From: Octopus vulgaris
Taxonomy: Eukaryota
Direction: 5' to 3'
NCBI GenBank assembly: GCA_951406725.2
Contig: OX597831.1
Location: forward strand, 49,476,001-49,540,000
DNA: 64,000 bases
This document shows, piece by piece, positions 37,965 through 57,567 of this stretch. The notes below the pieces were generated by a model. It was given only the letters and a program-made list of their open reading frames with translations. It searched no databases and had not been told where the DNA came from. The position numbers were made by a program, and so were the translations under genes. Each line of letters opens with the position of its first letter. Position 1 is the stretch's first letter.

Positions 37965-38440
37965 TTTCTAATTTTCGCACAAGGCCAGCAATTTTGAAGC
38001 GAATATGGCAGTCGCTTATATCGATCCCAGTACTCAGCTAGTACTTATTTTATCGATCCCTAAAGGATCTATAGGAGGTATTTGAACTTAGAACGTAAAT
38101 AGCCGAAAGGATTGCTGCGAAGTGTTTTTCCGACATGTAGTCATTAAGTCAGCTTGCCGCATTTTATTGTATTATGATATAAATTTGATATAGTAGATGG
38201 TGGGACGGCCGTGTGTTGGCACAATCGTTTGCATGTTGGACAAAATGCTTCGCAGCAATTCTTTCGGCTTTACATTCTGGGGTCAAATTTTGCCGCCTAG
38301 GTTGTAGTTGCTGATAAAATATGTGACTGATAAAATATGTAACTGATTACGTGACTGATAAAATATGTAACAGTTGAGCACTAAAGGTTGATGTAACAGA
38401 ACTAGCCTCCTCCCACAAAATTTCAGGCCTTCTCTCTATA
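37965..38440. mobile_element. Two degraded SINE family E copies in divergent orientation
   Basis: 37965-38160 minus, 38210-38440 plus; includes a 16-bp tandem CTGATAAAATATGTRA at ~38311-38371. Confidence 0.55.
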
Positions 38441-39024
38441 GTACAAAAAATGTAATAAATGGTAAAACTTATCACACAGATGTTCTGAACATAAAATTAG
38501 AGATATTCCTGTAGCCATAAGGAGTTCCGGTTCTTTCACCATCAGATCTCCTTCACTGACTAACCTGGCTGGAATTGACAAAGTCTCTGATTGCATCCTA
38601 GCAACAACTAGCCAATGGTCTGCCTTCTTCCTCAAAAGCCATCTAATAACTGTTTCTGTAACTTCAGTTGTGGATTGTGTTACACACACACACGTATGTG
38701 TGTGTGTGTAATAGCAGTTTAATAACAAGTTTCGAACCCTGTAAACTATATTCTTTTTCAATCGAAAAAGGAAATTCTCTAAAGGAAATAACGGGACCAG
38801 AAGTTCACTTCCAATCCTGTTTATGAAACCCTTTTCAATACCTTTCCCTTTATTAAACTAAAAGCTTAAAACCTATTTTAATTTTCCTAATCGATTTATC
38901 ACAGAAATTAGACCTTCCTTAAAATTGTTTTTAATTCCATCAAAAGAAAGTGGGAGTAGCTTAAACAACGATGTTTTTTTTAAATCTTTTGCATCTTCAA
39001 TAATAATTACATCAAGTAAATAAT

Positions 39025-39525
39025 TGTTTCTAGTATAAGCACAAGGGCTGAAAGTTAGTCAACATCAGTCTCACTGCTAGACTAGTACTTTTATGTACCC
39101 CGAAAGGATGTCAACAAAGAAGTTTACCACGGCAGGATTTGAACTTAGAATGTAAAGAGCTAGGACAAATATTCTTTTCTACTCTAGGTACAATGTCCGA
39201 AATTTTTGGGGAGGGGCGCAGTCGATTAGATCGACCTCAGTACTCAACTGGTATTTAATTTATCGACCCCGAAAGGATGAAAGGCAAAGTCGACCTCGGC
39301 GGAATTTGAACTCAGAACGTAAAGACAAAGGAAATACCTATTTCTTTACTATCTACAAGGGGCTAAACACAGAGAGGACAAACAAGGACAGACAAACGGA
39401 TTAAGTCGATTATATCGACTCCAGTGAGTAACTGGTACTTACTTAATCGATCGAGAGGATGAAAGCCTTCAGAGTTGGGACAAATATTGCAAGACATTTT
39501 TTCTGATGTTTTAACGATTCCAGTC
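39025..39525 (-). mobile_element. Nested SINE family E array
   Basis: Conserved TCGACCCCGAAAGGATGAAAGGCAAAGTCGACC unit; young tail joined at GAAATACC|TATTTCTT (~39338). Confidence 0.8.
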
Positions 39526-39598
39526 GAGTAAATAATATTCCTTATTTGAGATTTACTTGCCACGCTGTTGTGACAGATACCCTGCAACAAATAAGTAC

Positions 39599-39666
<68 letters not shown>

Positions 39667-40063
39667 GTTCATAGATATACTTGGCGATTGCTACTTCTTT
39701 ACAGAAGACCATCTTTTGAGTTAGTGAATGCCATCGTTATTTTCAAGTTCGGCTTTGGACAAACAAACCTTACTGCAGACGTTACCAGCATGTTTAGGCC
39801 AAAGCGTGTTTGGGACTGAGGTCATGTCCTGTTTACAAAGTGCTCGTTTTAAGATTGAATGTTCGATCCTCCACGTTTCAAATGCTCTACAGCAATCATC
39901 GGCCATTTTGTTTCAAACCGATCGATCTTCCATCATCAGTTCTCTGTCTTCAACATCAACGCTAGAATACGTAAAGTTGTTTTTGACGACATCCCTAAAA
40001 CCTTTCTTAGGTTTATGTCTTGAACATTTACCACGTTGCAACTCTCGCTATCATCATGTGATG

Positions 40064-40474
40064 TTTACTCTTTTACTCTTTTACTTGTTTCAGTCATTTG
40101 ACTGCGGTCATGCTGGAGCACCGCCTTTAGTAGAGCAAATCGACTCCAGAACTTATTCTTTGGAAGCCTAGTACTTATTCTATCGGTCACATTTGCCGAA
40201 CCGCTAAGTTACGGGGACGTAAACACACCACTATCGGTTGACAAGCGATGCTAGGGGGACAAACATAGACACACAAACATATACACACACATACATATAT
40301 ATTCATATATACGACGGGCTTCTTTCAGTTTCCGTCTACCAAATCCACTCACAAGGCTTTGGTCGGCCCGAGGTTGTAGTAGAAGACACTTGCCCAAGGT
40401 GCCACGCAGTGGGAATGAACTCGGAACCATGTGGTTGGTAAGCAAGCTACTTACCACACAGCCACTCCTGCGCC
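40064..40474 (-). mobile_element. SINE family A, full length
   Basis: Reverse-complement match to 10586-11008; inserted in a degraded RTE-like remnant. Confidence 0.9.
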
Positions 40475-40819
40475 TTTAAGATCTTCTTGAGCCAACTTCA
40501 ATCCAATCTCTCCAATGATTTGATGTGACTACGATAATACTATCCGCGTCTCAGAAGAGTATGAAAAGGAAGATAAGAGACACGATTAACGAACACTGAA
40601 CTTGGTTCTAACGGTGCTGCATCTCTCATATTTCATACAAATTCCCGATTCTTCCTAAGGCTTTACTGGTTTTTTCCATCCTCAGATTTATTTCAGAATT
40701 AAGGAATTAATCTCCAGTGAGAGCACTGCCAAGGTAGAAGAGTCCATCACATCTAGTCTGTAGAAGACACGGCATTTCAATTTTCGAGTAGTTCATAGGA
40801 CAAATGAACAGTTATCATT

Positions 40820-41053
40820 GAAACTAAAGCGAGATTCTTCAGCTCGCCATGTTGAATCGCTAGCTTCTGCACGCATTTTTTTTCTATCCTTGTTTCTCTC
40901 CGTGTTTCTTTTCTGTGTATCTTTCTGTTGAAGAGCGTAGGCTCGAAACGTAAAAGACTTGTTTTATTTGTATTCCTCAGCGCCATACTAATACAATTGT
41001 TTGTTTGTACTCCACCTGCCTTCGTCTTTTGTTTATTTTCATAAAGCTTCCCG

Positions 41054-41055
<2 letters not shown>
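40820..41055 (+). mobile_element. PLE terminal-repeat fragment with variant hammerhead (40920-40957)
   Basis: Homologous to 6715-6918; TCTTT-CTGTTGAA-GAGC-GTAG-GCTC-GAAACGTA|AAAGA; ends in (AT)n. Confidence 0.65.
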
Positions 41056-41107
<52 letters not shown>

Positions 41108-42021
41108 GCCCGAGGGAGTACAATGAGAATGAATGCTCATCACTGCATTGGTTGATAAAGTTTTTTGTCGATTAAGGCTACGATTGGTTTCATATAAAGG
41201 AAGTTCTCAAAAATGATCGAACCTTTTACATGAAACATTGGAGCATAGATTAATATAAAGTGGTGACAAATAATGCTATTCCGTATGATAGGTTTGATAA
41301 TTGCTAAGAACGTCCTTAGCATGAAACAATGGTAGCCTTAACCACAAATAAAGTATATATATAAATACATGTGAGTGTGTGCGCGCGCATGCGCGGGTGC
41401 GTGCTTCTGTGTGTGTGCGTGCGTGTGCACTTTATATAAGGGTGCATCATCGTACACAGACACAGACACGCGCATATAGTATGAATGCACGAAATGGGAA
41501 GGATCAATATAAAGATGTGCGCATTTATTTCAAACTCTCTTTCGAACACTATAACTACATGAAATTAATCCGAAGCAAAATTTTTGTCAGATCATTTGTG
41601 TATGTTTGAAATTTGCATCTTCGCCGGATTTTAAAAATATTCTATCGCTATAAATATATGTCAAACCGTATCTCAATTTTTATATCAATATGACTCTGTG
41701 TGTGTGTGTGTGTGTGATGTGTATGTGTGTATGTGTGACCGTGTTTTAATATTAAGTCAATCATCTTGGCACATCGGTATCTTCCGTATTATCCAAATAG
41801 CTTTATCTAAATGTCAATTGATTTTATAATAATTACCAACCGTAACTTAATTTTCACACTCCAACTCTGATGACGCTAATCACAACTCTATATTGATGAG
41901 TACAGTGGCACATTCAACGATGAGAAAATAATTTAGCATTAACAAACATCTGCCTATCCTGTTCACCTGCATGCTGGGTGATCAGGTAGCTGACTGGTTT
42001 CCTGAAGTTAATGTTGCAAAT

Positions 42022-42339
42022 GTGGAGGCGCATGGCCTAGTGGTTTGAGCAGCGGAGTCGCGGTCGAGGGATCGCGGGTTCGAATCTCAGACCGGGTGAT
42101 GGGTGTGTTTATGAGCGAAACACATAAGCTCCACGCGGTTCTGGCAGCAGGTAATGGCGAAATTCTGCTGACTCTTTCGCCACAACTTTCTCTTGTTCTT
42201 TCCTCCTGCATCTTGCAGCTCACCTGCGACGAACCGGCGTCCCGTCCAGGTGGAGAACCTATATGCCAAGGAACCTATATGCCAAGGAAACCGGGAGACC
42301 GGCCCTTATGAGCCAGGCATGGCTCGACAAGGAACAAAC
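42022..42339 (+). mobile_element. tRNA-derived SINE (body Y, tail 2)
   Basis: Near-identical to 19246-19558; 12-bp TSD AATGTTGCAAAT / AATGTTGCGAAT (42010-42021, 42340-42351). Confidence 0.9.
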
Positions 42340-42561
42340 AATGTTGCGAATAGTTAGGTCATTTAAATCATAGAACGTAAAGAGTATCGATCCCTCTTCG
42401 TTTTGTCTACCCTTAAAATAGTACCTATACGCATTGGAATATCCTCTGTATTGTTGTCCAATATATCCGTTGAAAATACCAACTCAGACTTTTTCCTATC
42501 GTTCAATTTCTGGTTGTGCACCTTATGTAAGAAAATATTATTACTAAAGAGGATTAAAAGG

Positions 42562-43395
42562 CAGGGAGATGACAGAATCGTTAGTGCTTTGGAAAAAATG
42601 ATTAACAGCATCCCCGACCCTGACCGTCTGAGTTCAAATTTAGCCGTGTCGAATTGGCAGTTCATTCTTACGAAGTCGATAAAATAAGTATCAGTTGAAC
42701 CCTGCTGTTGACCTAATTGATTCACTCCCTCCTTTGAAATTCTTGTCTTGTACCTAAATGAGAAACCCTTATCAAAAGGAAGAAGAAGGCGGCGAGTTGG
42801 CACAATCGTTAGCAAGCCGAGCAAATTCTTAGCGGCAGTTCTTTTACGGTCTGCGTTCAAATTCCGTCAAGGTCGATTTCGCCTTTCATTATTTCGGGGT
42901 CGATATAATCGACTTACTGCTTCCATAACATTACTGGTTTTGTGCCTAAATTTGAAACCATTATTAAAAGGGAGGCGAACAGGCAGAATTGTCTAAGTGA
43001 CAGACAAATTATCTTCTAACTCTACGTTCCGAGTTCAAACGCGTCGAGGTGAACTGTGCCTTTCATCCTTCTGGGGTTGATAAACTAAAATAGAGTAACA
43101 AGACAAATCCTTGAATCGATGGAGTTGAATAGCCTTTTCCATCGAAATTGCTGGTCCTGTTTCCAAAATACAAACAATTTAATGTGTCGATCTAGCGGAA
43201 TAGTTACAGAACTGGAAAAAACAATCCCCTACTGTATTTGTTTCCGTCGTTTATGCTCTGTGATCAAATCCAACTGAGGCCAACGTTTTCTCTCATACCT
43301 CCAGAGTAGATATAGACTAAGGCTCTAGTCAATTACTTGCTCCATATAATCAACTAACCTCATTCTTTGAAAGTACCTGGCATTGTGCCTAAATT
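42562..43395 (+). mobile_element. Head-to-tail array of four degraded SINE family E units
   Basis: Heads near 42562, 42788, 42972 and 43190 (CAGAATCGTTAG-like), each ending in TTGTGCCTAAA-like old tails. Confidence 0.75.
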
Positions 43396-43495
43396 ATTAA
43401 AAAAAAATATTATTGATGCTGTTGCTGTTGCTTTTGATGTTGCTAGTAATATTAGTTGAGGTGGCAGTAGTAGTAGTAGTAGTAGTAGTGTCAAA

Positions 43496-43548
<53 letters not shown>

Positions 43549-43583
43549 CATTATTATTATTATTATCATTATTATTATTATTA

Positions 43584-43656
<73 letters not shown>

Positions 43657-43694
43657 TATTATCATCATCCTCATTATTATTATTATTATTATTA

Positions 43695-43728
<34 letters not shown>

Positions 43729-43756
43729 CATTATTATTATTATTATTATCATTATT

Positions 43757-43818
<62 letters not shown>

Positions 43819-43829
43819 CATCATCCTCA

Positions 43830-43920
<91 letters not shown>

Positions 43921-43942
43921 CATCATCATTATTATTATTATT
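43496..43942. repeat. Long (ATT)n/(ATC)n microsatellite
   Basis: ~450 bp; a variant block (ATCATCATCCTC) occurs twice, implying a higher-order duplication. Confidence 0.95.
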
Positions 43943-44148
43943 TGTAGTTGTGATCTTTGCGAAAGCGCTATCAAATCGGCTACCATAGTTGATACACAGA
44001 CATAACCAGTACGGCAGTAACAGAAACAACTTTAACAGCAACAGCAGTAGGAATAGACATAGACGTACGATGGTGGCTCCATTACAATAACAATATTTGT
44101 GACTACTGTGCATGTTTTACCTCATTCTTGCTGATGATATCATTGTTG

Positions 44149-50386
<6,238 letters not shown>

Positions 50387-50387
50387 T

Positions 50388-50805
<418 letters not shown>

Positions 50806-51326
50806 ACAACAGTAACGATAATATCAAGAAGGATGAGATAAAACATCCCCATATATGTGTTGTTGCTGGCGGTACTGCTCGTTAGTTGACATTTTGTTGT
50901 TGTTGCTGCTGGTGTTTGTGGTGGTTTCTGATGGCGAGGGCGGTGGTGTTCGTGCACAATGAGGACTTATTACTGTGGGACCCAAGAGAGAAAATATCTG
51001 TCTGTATATACGAGAAATTTCATGCTTGAGAGATTACTATCAGATGGAACTGGTTATTCGTGTATTGTATAGGTATTATATTTGTGTGCATAGTGCTGTT
51101 TGTATATTTTTGTGTCTAGGTCTGTGTATAGTTTTATCGCTGCTTTTATATTTCCTCATCATCATTGCTATTGTTGTTGTTGTTGTTGTCGTTTGTTAAA
51201 GGTATTCTCATGAGAGATTCGCGAAGGAAGTAATTTTTAACCGGATTACTTTATGAAAACAAAAAAACCCAAAAGTTCTTAATTACGAGTTGTTTAAGGG
51301 TGTAACGAAATATTTGGCGGGTAGAA

Positions 51327-52036
51327 CAGTGATTCTTATCCATCTTTTACCAATATGTTATTATGGTGGACCATCAAAGCCATTCGATATTTAAAGACTG
51401 GTTTTATAGATACTTTTAAAATTCCTATTATGTTCATCACACATTCACTGGGGTGAACTATGTAAAATGTTTGAGAAAGAAACTGAGCTGTTTCTTGCAA
51501 TAAATACTTCTAATGCGTGGAGGCGCAATGACCCAGTGATTAGGGCAGCGGACTCGCAGTCATAGGATCGCGGTTTCGATTCCCAGACCGGGCGTTGTGA
51601 GTGTTTATTGAGCGAAAACACCTAAAGTTCCACGCGGCTCCGGCAGGGGATGGTGGTGATCCCTGCTGTACTCTTTCACCACAACTTTCTCTCACTCTTA
51701 CTTCCTGTTTCTGTTGTACCTGTATTTCAAAGGGCCGGTCTTGTCACTATCTATGTCACGCTGAATATCCCCAAGAACTACGTTAAGGGTACACGTGTCT
51801 GTGGAGTGCTCAGCCACTTACACGTCAATTTCACGAGCAGGCTGTTCCGTTGATTCAGATCAACCGGAACCCTCGTCGTCGTAACCGACGGAGTGCTTCC
51901 ACTTCTAAAGCAAAATCTTTTCATGGATTCTTAAAATACTAGCATAGGTATCCAATTTACTATTTTGCTTCCATGGACACCCCATAATCTTATATGGACC
52001 CTCGGTGGTCACACGAAACCCAGTTGAGAATCCCTG
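51327..52036. mobile_element. hAT MITE copy 2, interrupted by a SINE
   Basis: CAGTGATTCTTATCC ... AGTTGAGAATCCCTG; internal match to 2667-2981 (TATGTAAAATGTT..GCTGTTTCTTGCAATA); degenerate 8-bp TSD GGGTAGAA/AGATAGAA. Confidence 0.75.
51517..51900 (+). mobile_element. tRNA-derived SINE (body Y, tail 1)
   Basis: Head and body like 19246/42022, tail like 30132/6967; 11-bp TSD ACTTCTAATGC / ACTTCTAAAGC (51506-51516, 51901-51911). Confidence 0.9.
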
Positions 52037-52304
52037 AGATAGAAGATAGATTTGTCTTTATACATTTGAAGCGATTTACACATTTTCGCCAAAAACATAT
52101 TCATAGTATAAAAAGGAGCTGGAAGAGGATTTTATCAGAGAGATGAAATGTATTCAGGACTCAGAGGCAGTGATGAGGACCGAAAATTGTGGCGGATAGA
52201 CTTTGTTGTTGTGGCCCCGGTTGGAACCCGGCCATAATAAAAAAAAGCATAATAATATAAGAGATTCTGAGAAATGTCCGGAAAACCGGCGTTGTGGCTT
52301 GGAT

Positions 52305-52475
52305 CTCCGTCGGTTACGACGACGAGTGTTTCAGTTGTTTTGATAAACCGAACAACATGCTCATGAAATTAACGTTCACGTGAAAGAGCACACCATAGTA
52401 ACGCATACCCAGTAAAGTAGTTGTCAGGGAGATGATACATAATATGACAAGGCAGACATTTTGAAATACAGGTGT
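52305..52475 (-). mobile_element. Degraded SINE tail-1 fragment
   Basis: CTCCGTCGGTTACGACGACGAG...TTTGAAATACAGGT. Confidence 0.7.
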
Positions 52476-52906
52476 GAGTCGGTGTTGTAGTTGCAGTTGC
52501 GACCGATAGATAGTATCAGGAATTGAAAAACAGAAATGGTAATTAAGTTTCCATGGTTTCGCCAGAAAAAGTCAGTTACAACAGTAGGTATGCAGAATTA
52601 TATTTTAGAATATTTTTTCGATATTTTTATGATGATAGTAAAAGATCTGAGGGAAGATTTGGCACCTGTCGAGCTTCCTTACTAAACTTACGACTGCATC
52701 CAGTTTTCAAACGTGATCGTTTGAATAAAAACTTCCCTTCTACTTTTTCTTCACCTTTCTCGTCGAACCCCTACTTATCCAACCCCGCCTTTTGTATTCG
52801 TTCCTTACCTCCCAATCTACCATTCTCTTCCCCTCCTCCTATGATGGTGTTGTACAGTATGAAATGAACGAAAGTGACAAAAGATTAATATTTATACATA
52901 AAGTTG

Positions 52907-53490
52907 AGGTGGCGAGCTAGTAGAATCGTTAGCACGCCGGGCGAAATGCTTAGCAGTATTTCGTCTGCCGCTACGTTCTGAGTTCAAATTCTGCCGAGGT
53001 CGACTTTGCCTTTAATACTATCGAGGTCGATTAAATAAGTACCAGTTACGCACTGGGGCCGATGTAATCGACTTAATACCTATGTCTGTCCTTGTTTGCC
53101 CCCTCTATGTTTAGCCCCTTGTGGGTAATAAAGAAATAGTTATTTCGTCTGTCTTTACGTTCTGAGTTCAAATTCCGCCGAGGTCCACTTTGCCTTTCAT
53201 CCTTTCCAGGTCGATTAAATAAGTACTGGGGTCGATGTAATCGACTTAATCCATTTGTCTGTCCTTATTTGTCCCCTCTATGTTTAGCCCCCTGAGGGCA
53301 ATATAGAAATAAATACTTAGCGGCATTCCATCGGTCTTTACGTTCTGAGTTCAAATTCTGCTGAGGTCGACTTTGCCTTCGATCCTTTCTTGGCTCGAGA
53401 AAAAAAGTACCAGTTGAACACTGGGGTCGATGTAATCGACTTATCCCCTCTCCCGAATTTGATGGCCCCGAGTCAAAATTTGAAACCAGT
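52907..53490 (+). mobile_element. Three nested SINE family E units sharing one head
   Basis: Head 52907; young tail ends 53138 and restarts internally; second young tail ends ~53310 and restarts at AATACTTAGCGG; final old-type tail. Confidence 0.9.
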
Positions 53491-53957
53491 ATTTATGCAT
53501 GAAGAGTTATTTAACACCAGGCCTGCACCGATCACGTGGACCTATGATTATAAGCAATCCACTACGGACCACCTTGTCTTGTTTTTAGATATAGTGTACC
53601 TAAAACGTGAATTAGGAGGAAAATTTGGCTGCTATTATTATTTCTTGGCTGCTCGAACGACCGCTTACAAGCCTGCTGTTTTTGATTTGATATTTGTGTG
53701 AGCGAGTAAAGACAGAGAGGCGGAAGTGAAGTGTGGTAGGGAAAGGTGGTCACTGATTACTTTTTACCTCTTATTCTATAATCCCTACGATGTCCAAAGC
53801 AGATTCCAACAAAGATTTTATCGAAGAACAGTTCCTCCTCAGTGCCAAATGTGGCTTGCTTTTTCTCTGATTGGAAATTATATGATTGCCTCGGGAGATC
53901 GGTTTCAATTTTGTATCAGCTTATGTACATGTATACATGCTTAAACAAGCACACCAA

Positions 53958-54035
<78 letters not shown>

Positions 54036-54049
54036 TATGCAATTTTATA

Positions 54050-54082
<33 letters not shown>

Positions 54083-54093
54083 CTATCTATCTA

Positions 54094-54130
<37 letters not shown>

Positions 54131-54739
54131 ATATATATGTATATATACAGACATACAAACGTACACACATATATATGTGTATATGTGTATACACACACAT
54201 ATATAGATATATATACATACATACACACACACGCATATATATATATACAGACACACAAAAACACTAACACACACACACGCACAACACGCAAGCATACGCC
54301 CTCGCACAGACAAATACACATCTGTCAATCGCGATCCACTACATACAACATACATTCCTACACACATATATATTTACACATGCATACACCCCACATTCAT
54401 TTATATACGCATACACATACAATTTTTGCAATATAATCTGATTCTTCTAGTATTATCTGCTTTCTGCACAAGACAGAAATATAGGCATTCTTGCGATTAA
54501 CCTGTATGAAATGACACTGAATCTCACAGAAGACGGAAATTACTGCGCAATGTTGGTGGAATATGAGTCGCAAAGATATTTACTGCTTTTCTTTTTTTTA
54601 TATATGGCAATACTATCCGTAGATCGCTTGAGAGCTAAGTAACTGAAAACAACTGGCTTATATCTTTTTCACTGATAATATATTCTTCAAACGTTTCAAT
54701 ATACAACTGCAACATGCATTACTTGGACATGTCGTCAAT

Positions 54740-55045
54740 ATTGCAGCCTGACATCATTCTAGAGTTTCGAGTCTTACAACATCCAGTCAATCCGACTCAG
54801 ATTGATCATGTCTATGTATTGTGTCCAAGTGGCACTCTGCCGACCCGATCAATGTCCTATTTACTGCACTCTCTAGATTGTCTTTGAAGGCTCTACTTCT
54901 ATCCACTCATCTAATACCCATGATCCCATAGACTTTATTCAGAGTACAACAAGCGAATCTATGACTACCAACCTCCAAATGCAAGAACACAGTTCTCTAT
55001 TTATTATAACAGTCCTGGTACTTAGCTCTCATGCACCGCCATCAT
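54740..55045 (-). mobile_element. Possible highly degraded RTE-like LINE 3' fragment
   Basis: Only weak resemblance to the RTE ORF C-terminus. Confidence 0.3.
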
Positions 55046-55454
55046 TCTCTTTTCTCTTCGTACAGTTATTAACCCTAGGCCAGGTCTAATTTAACAGAGC
55101 TATGATGGAGGGAATTTCGACCGTGCCGATCCAGTTTTTTCTTTAGTCACAACGTAGCAAGAGTTACATTTGTTCAATAGGTGTTCCCTTTTTAAAAAGA
55201 TATTTGGAGTATGCCGTTTGGAGGAGAGTTTGACATCTAATTTTAGCTTGTTAAGCGAATACGTACAAGATTATTTGCTTGCCCAAAACCACGAGCATTA
55301 TTTCAAATCCTTATTTATCTAGTTTTATATTATCATCAAAGATAAATAGCAACAAACAAGCAAATAAGGGCAGGCAAAGCCTTGTGAAGAATTTTGCTTC
55401 TCAAACTACGTGCTTCCATCCATCCATCGATACATACATACATACATACAATTA

Positions 55455-55537
<83 letters not shown>

Positions 55538-55547
55538 ATACACACAT

Positions 55548-55584
<37 letters not shown>

Positions 55585-55600
55585 CAAACATATGTCTATC

Positions 55601-55637
<37 letters not shown>

Positions 55638-56944
55638 ATGAGAGTATGACTCACTGAAAGTCAGGCGTGTGTATCTAGGGGAGTCGCAATAAATAGTCAT
55701 ACACAATTATATATACCACTCGAGATACGATTTCGTATATACGTAAGAAGTTTAAAGTGAAGAAAGGAAAAACAATGTACAAATATCTGATACACCATAT
55801 AACAGAAATACACGTGCTACTCCTCTCTAACAGCTCTCTTCGGTGATACACATTGGGTTTTATAATCATTTATTTCATCAGGCCGGATCGGAAAGGCAAT
55901 ATGAAGAGTATATGGCAGTCAATCACGTTAGTATAGACTGAAAAAAAGAGAGGAATTCTGGGACGAACTAATGCATCGACGTATGTGTGGGTTAATATCC
56001 GGTGGCTCAAATATTGCGTTTCTAAAGAGTAAATATTTCCCAAAGTCTTCCACATAGATATAAATTCATACTGGTACTATATACACACATACACACGCGC
56101 ACACACATGTGTATGTATGTATATATATGTGTGTGTGTGTCTGTGGGTGTGTTAGTGTCCGTGCTCGGGTAATGTTTGTCGGTGCATAATCGCTGTCAAT
56201 GCATAACTTGGAAGTTCTGAGAGAGATCGATAAAACATGTACTATAATGAGATAAGTATCTAGATTCATATCAATTACTGTATATTGCAGTCCTATGAGT
56301 GAACACAGTAAAAGAGGTGGGGGGGGGGGCAAAAAGCAAATTAGAATCCAAGTGAACTCCTGGTGATCAACGTCTGTTAGAAGTAGCTAATAACTGTAGT
56401 AAATTAAGATAAGTGCATGTACAGAGAAGAGATATAGCGTCAGACGCTTGCAACATAAAGGCCCCAGCGGAGTCAGTTAACTCGGTAATGATTTGTGAAA
56501 GCTATCTGATTTATATTGGAGCACAAAGGATTTTACATATTTTGTAAACTAAATATTCCTGCTTTAAAAAAATGTTGTTACTGCATGGTCATCAATCTTC
56601 GTTTAAGAATATATAACTCTTGGAGTGGAATTAAGTTTCATTTCAGCTAAGAAGCCCATAACGACAGTTTATGTAGCAATCTCTGGAGAAGGGAATGGAA
56701 AACGTGTGCAGTATTTGATGCTTTGAATCACTGCATGGTCACGAAAAGTCATATTCCTAGAATTCAATGCCTTAAAGGATCATTTATCAAAATGTCTATA
56801 GTAATACAAACACTGTAAAACATAAATCTATAGATATACAAAGGCCAAAAGTAAGCATCATAGTATCAATTGTTAAAATGCTGTTTTCCTCCCAATGTTT
56901 TCAGTACTATAGCTGGATATCAATATATCCACTAACCGTATAGT

Positions 56945-57290
56945 TACTTAGGCCCTTTGCTCTATATGGAATTTAGGCCATCGATGACTTTCCGCCAGTG
57001 TACTTGAATTTAGGCTGTTTTTGTTTCCTTCAGACGTGATCTGTCCACCCCTTCTGAGTAAAGGTCTTCCTATTATATGTATTGTTTGTTTTCAGCTGTC
57101 AACAGTTGCCTTTTTAAGTAGGGGTAATGGCCTTACGAAAACCCTTTTTCTTCCTCTGAGGAGAGGTGATCTATATTAGTCTGGCTTCTATTATTTGACC
57201 TGCCCAGCATGGAAGGCCCACACTAGTGGTTATGATCCGCTGGTTTAGCTTTCATGGTCATTGAGATACACAAACACGTGGCTACAGAAG
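56945..57290 (-). mobile_element. Probable internally deleted RTE element (5' UTR joined to 3' end)
   Basis: 57110-57290 resembles the reverse complement of RTE 5' UTRs (TTTGACCTGCCCAGCATGG..TAGCTTTCATGGTCATTGAGA); 56945-57005 reads WRKVIDGL.. with a TAAG-type end. Confidence 0.45.
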
Positions 57291-57336
57291 AGGCTGAACC
57301 CTGTGGTGGACTGATAATGATATCAATTTCCATAAA

Positions 57337-57567
57337 AGCGGCGAGCTGGCAGAATCGTTAGCACGCCGAGCGAAATGCTTAGCGATATTTCGTCTGCCGC
57401 TACGATCTGAGTTCAAATTCCGCCGAGGTCGACTTTGCCTTTCATCCTTTCGGGGTCGATAAATTAAGAACCAGTTACTCACTGGGGTCAATATAATCGA
57501 CTTAATCCGTTTGTCTGTCCTTGTTTGTCCTCTCTGTGTTTAGCCCCTTGTAGGTAGTAAAGAAATA
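57337..57567 (+). mobile_element. SINE family E, young solitary copy
   Basis: A-box-like TGGCAGAATCG, B box GAGTTCAAATTCC, central GCCTTTCATCCTTTCGGGGTCGATAAA, tail ..GTAAAGAAATA; 18-bp TSD GATATCAATTTCCATAAA / GATATCAATTTCTGTAAA. Confidence 0.9.

Noticed and set aside
43360-44113. Poly-I, poly-N and poly-L ORFs
   Set aside because: Translations of the (ATT)n microsatellite.
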